DNA of 64,000 bases from a virus (taxonomy: Duplodnaviria; Heunggongvirae; Uroviricota; Caudoviricetes): positions 18,891 to 82,890 of IMG/VR virus record IMGVR_UViG_3300017989_002952, one strand, 5' to 3'. A model generated the notes under the pieces. It was given only the letters and a program-made list of their open reading frames with translations, did no database searches and was not told the DNA's origin. The position numbers were made by a program, and so were the translations under genes. Below are positions 63,425-64,000 of the stretch, piece by piece (positions within the stretch are counted from its first letter, which is position 1; each line of letters opens with the position of its first letter).

Positions 63425-64000
63425 CTTAGATAAGCTTCCTGTTCTTCAGCAGGAACTTCCTGAATTTCCATATACCGCTTCAGCTTATCTACAGTGGACA
63501 TACTCGAGTCAATTCCTCTATTCGTAATATCTTTCTCGACCTTATCAATAATTCGAAAATCTTCTCGTAAATCCTCAACATTCACATCACCCGAAATTCT
63601 ATGAAGATTTACAATATGACCTTCTTCTTGTAATTTCTTCGCTTCGAGGACTTGTTCTTCTTTATTCTCCGACGTGATTTCAATAACATAATGTTTCTTG
63701 TAACCTGTTGTTGGGACAGATTGCACACTGTCGGCTTCAGTATCAACCACCAAAAAACGTTTTTCCTCGTGTTTCTCACCCCAGTCCAATTGTATAATAG
63801 AACCTGGGATAATTACATTGCCTATCTCTTGCGGAGCATGATAATGTCCGAATATACACCGCCCATACCGTCGCAGGTCGCCGATCTTGATGTCAGATAT
63901 AATAGATATACCGCTATTTAATTGCGCCTCATTTAACCCTAAATGCGACACTAGAAAGGGTGAGGTATTCTCCTTTATTGTCTTGACCATCGTTTTTGCA
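63337..64000 (-). CDS. sbcD: SbcD/Mre11-like nuclease, C-terminal part (gene continues past window end)
   Basis: CIFGHYHAP = phosphoesterase motif V (GHxH). The frame is open to the window edge, and the N-terminal motifs expected for Mre11 lie beyond 64000. Confidence 0.5.
   Translation of the reverse strand, partial: AKTMVKTIKENTSPFLVSHLGLNEAQLNSGISIISDIKIGDLRRYGRCIFGHYHAPQEIGNVIIPGSIIQLDWGEKHEEKRFLVVDTEADSVQSVPTTGYKKHYVIEITSENKEEQVLEAKKLQEEGHIVNLHRISGDVNVEDLREDFRIIDKVEKDITNRGIDSSMSTVDKLKRYMEIQEVPAEEQEAYLRCALDIIRATTGEEIECTSYSSSSGLVSV

Overview
The window reads as a ~64 kb slice of a large, AT-rich (roughly 38-40% GC) contractile-tailed phage genome, possibly jumbo-phage-like. A plus-strand tail/baseplate module runs from ~2.1 to 18.7 kb (sheath with N-terminal SPGVY motif, GpW/gp25-like wedge, baseplate-J-sized protein). 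It converges with a minus-strand module (18.7-29.1 kb) holding a terminase large subunit and a 1628-aa tape-measure protein. A >34 kb minus-strand block follows. It contains a compact two-subunit multisubunit-type RNA polymerase (beta 1016 aa with GDKVGNRHGNKGV; beta' 902 aa with NADFDGD), SbcC/SbcD-like nuclease, a metallophosphoesterase, a Rel/SpoT-type HD hydrolase-like protein, a CoaD-like nucleotidyltransferase and zinc-finger proteins. Four things stand out. (1) A ubiquitin-like conjugation gene set (two ThiF/E1-like proteins, a UBC-like E2 with an HPN...CL motif, a JAMM/JAB isopeptidase, a SAP+beta-grasp Ubl ending in Gly, and an 850-aa protein carrying a second E2-like LPNIGGDGSLCLGD motif) lies immediately upstream of the RNAP genes. 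(2) Four small acidic proteins share only a 16-aa N-terminal peptide MKF[RK]x[ST]EVTNSSS[TA]SF. Two of them sit directly downstream of, and overlap, two different radical-SAM enzymes (one with a clear SPASM domain). (3) A ~2.9 kb GC-rich (~50%) island encodes an SPFH/flotillin-like membrane protein plus two partners. (4) Several GC-elevated intergenic regions carry long-range perfect stems, a duplicated ~77-nt element and a recurring TAATATATA promoter-like motif. All calls are motif- or architecture-based from reading translations; no database search or folding was possible.
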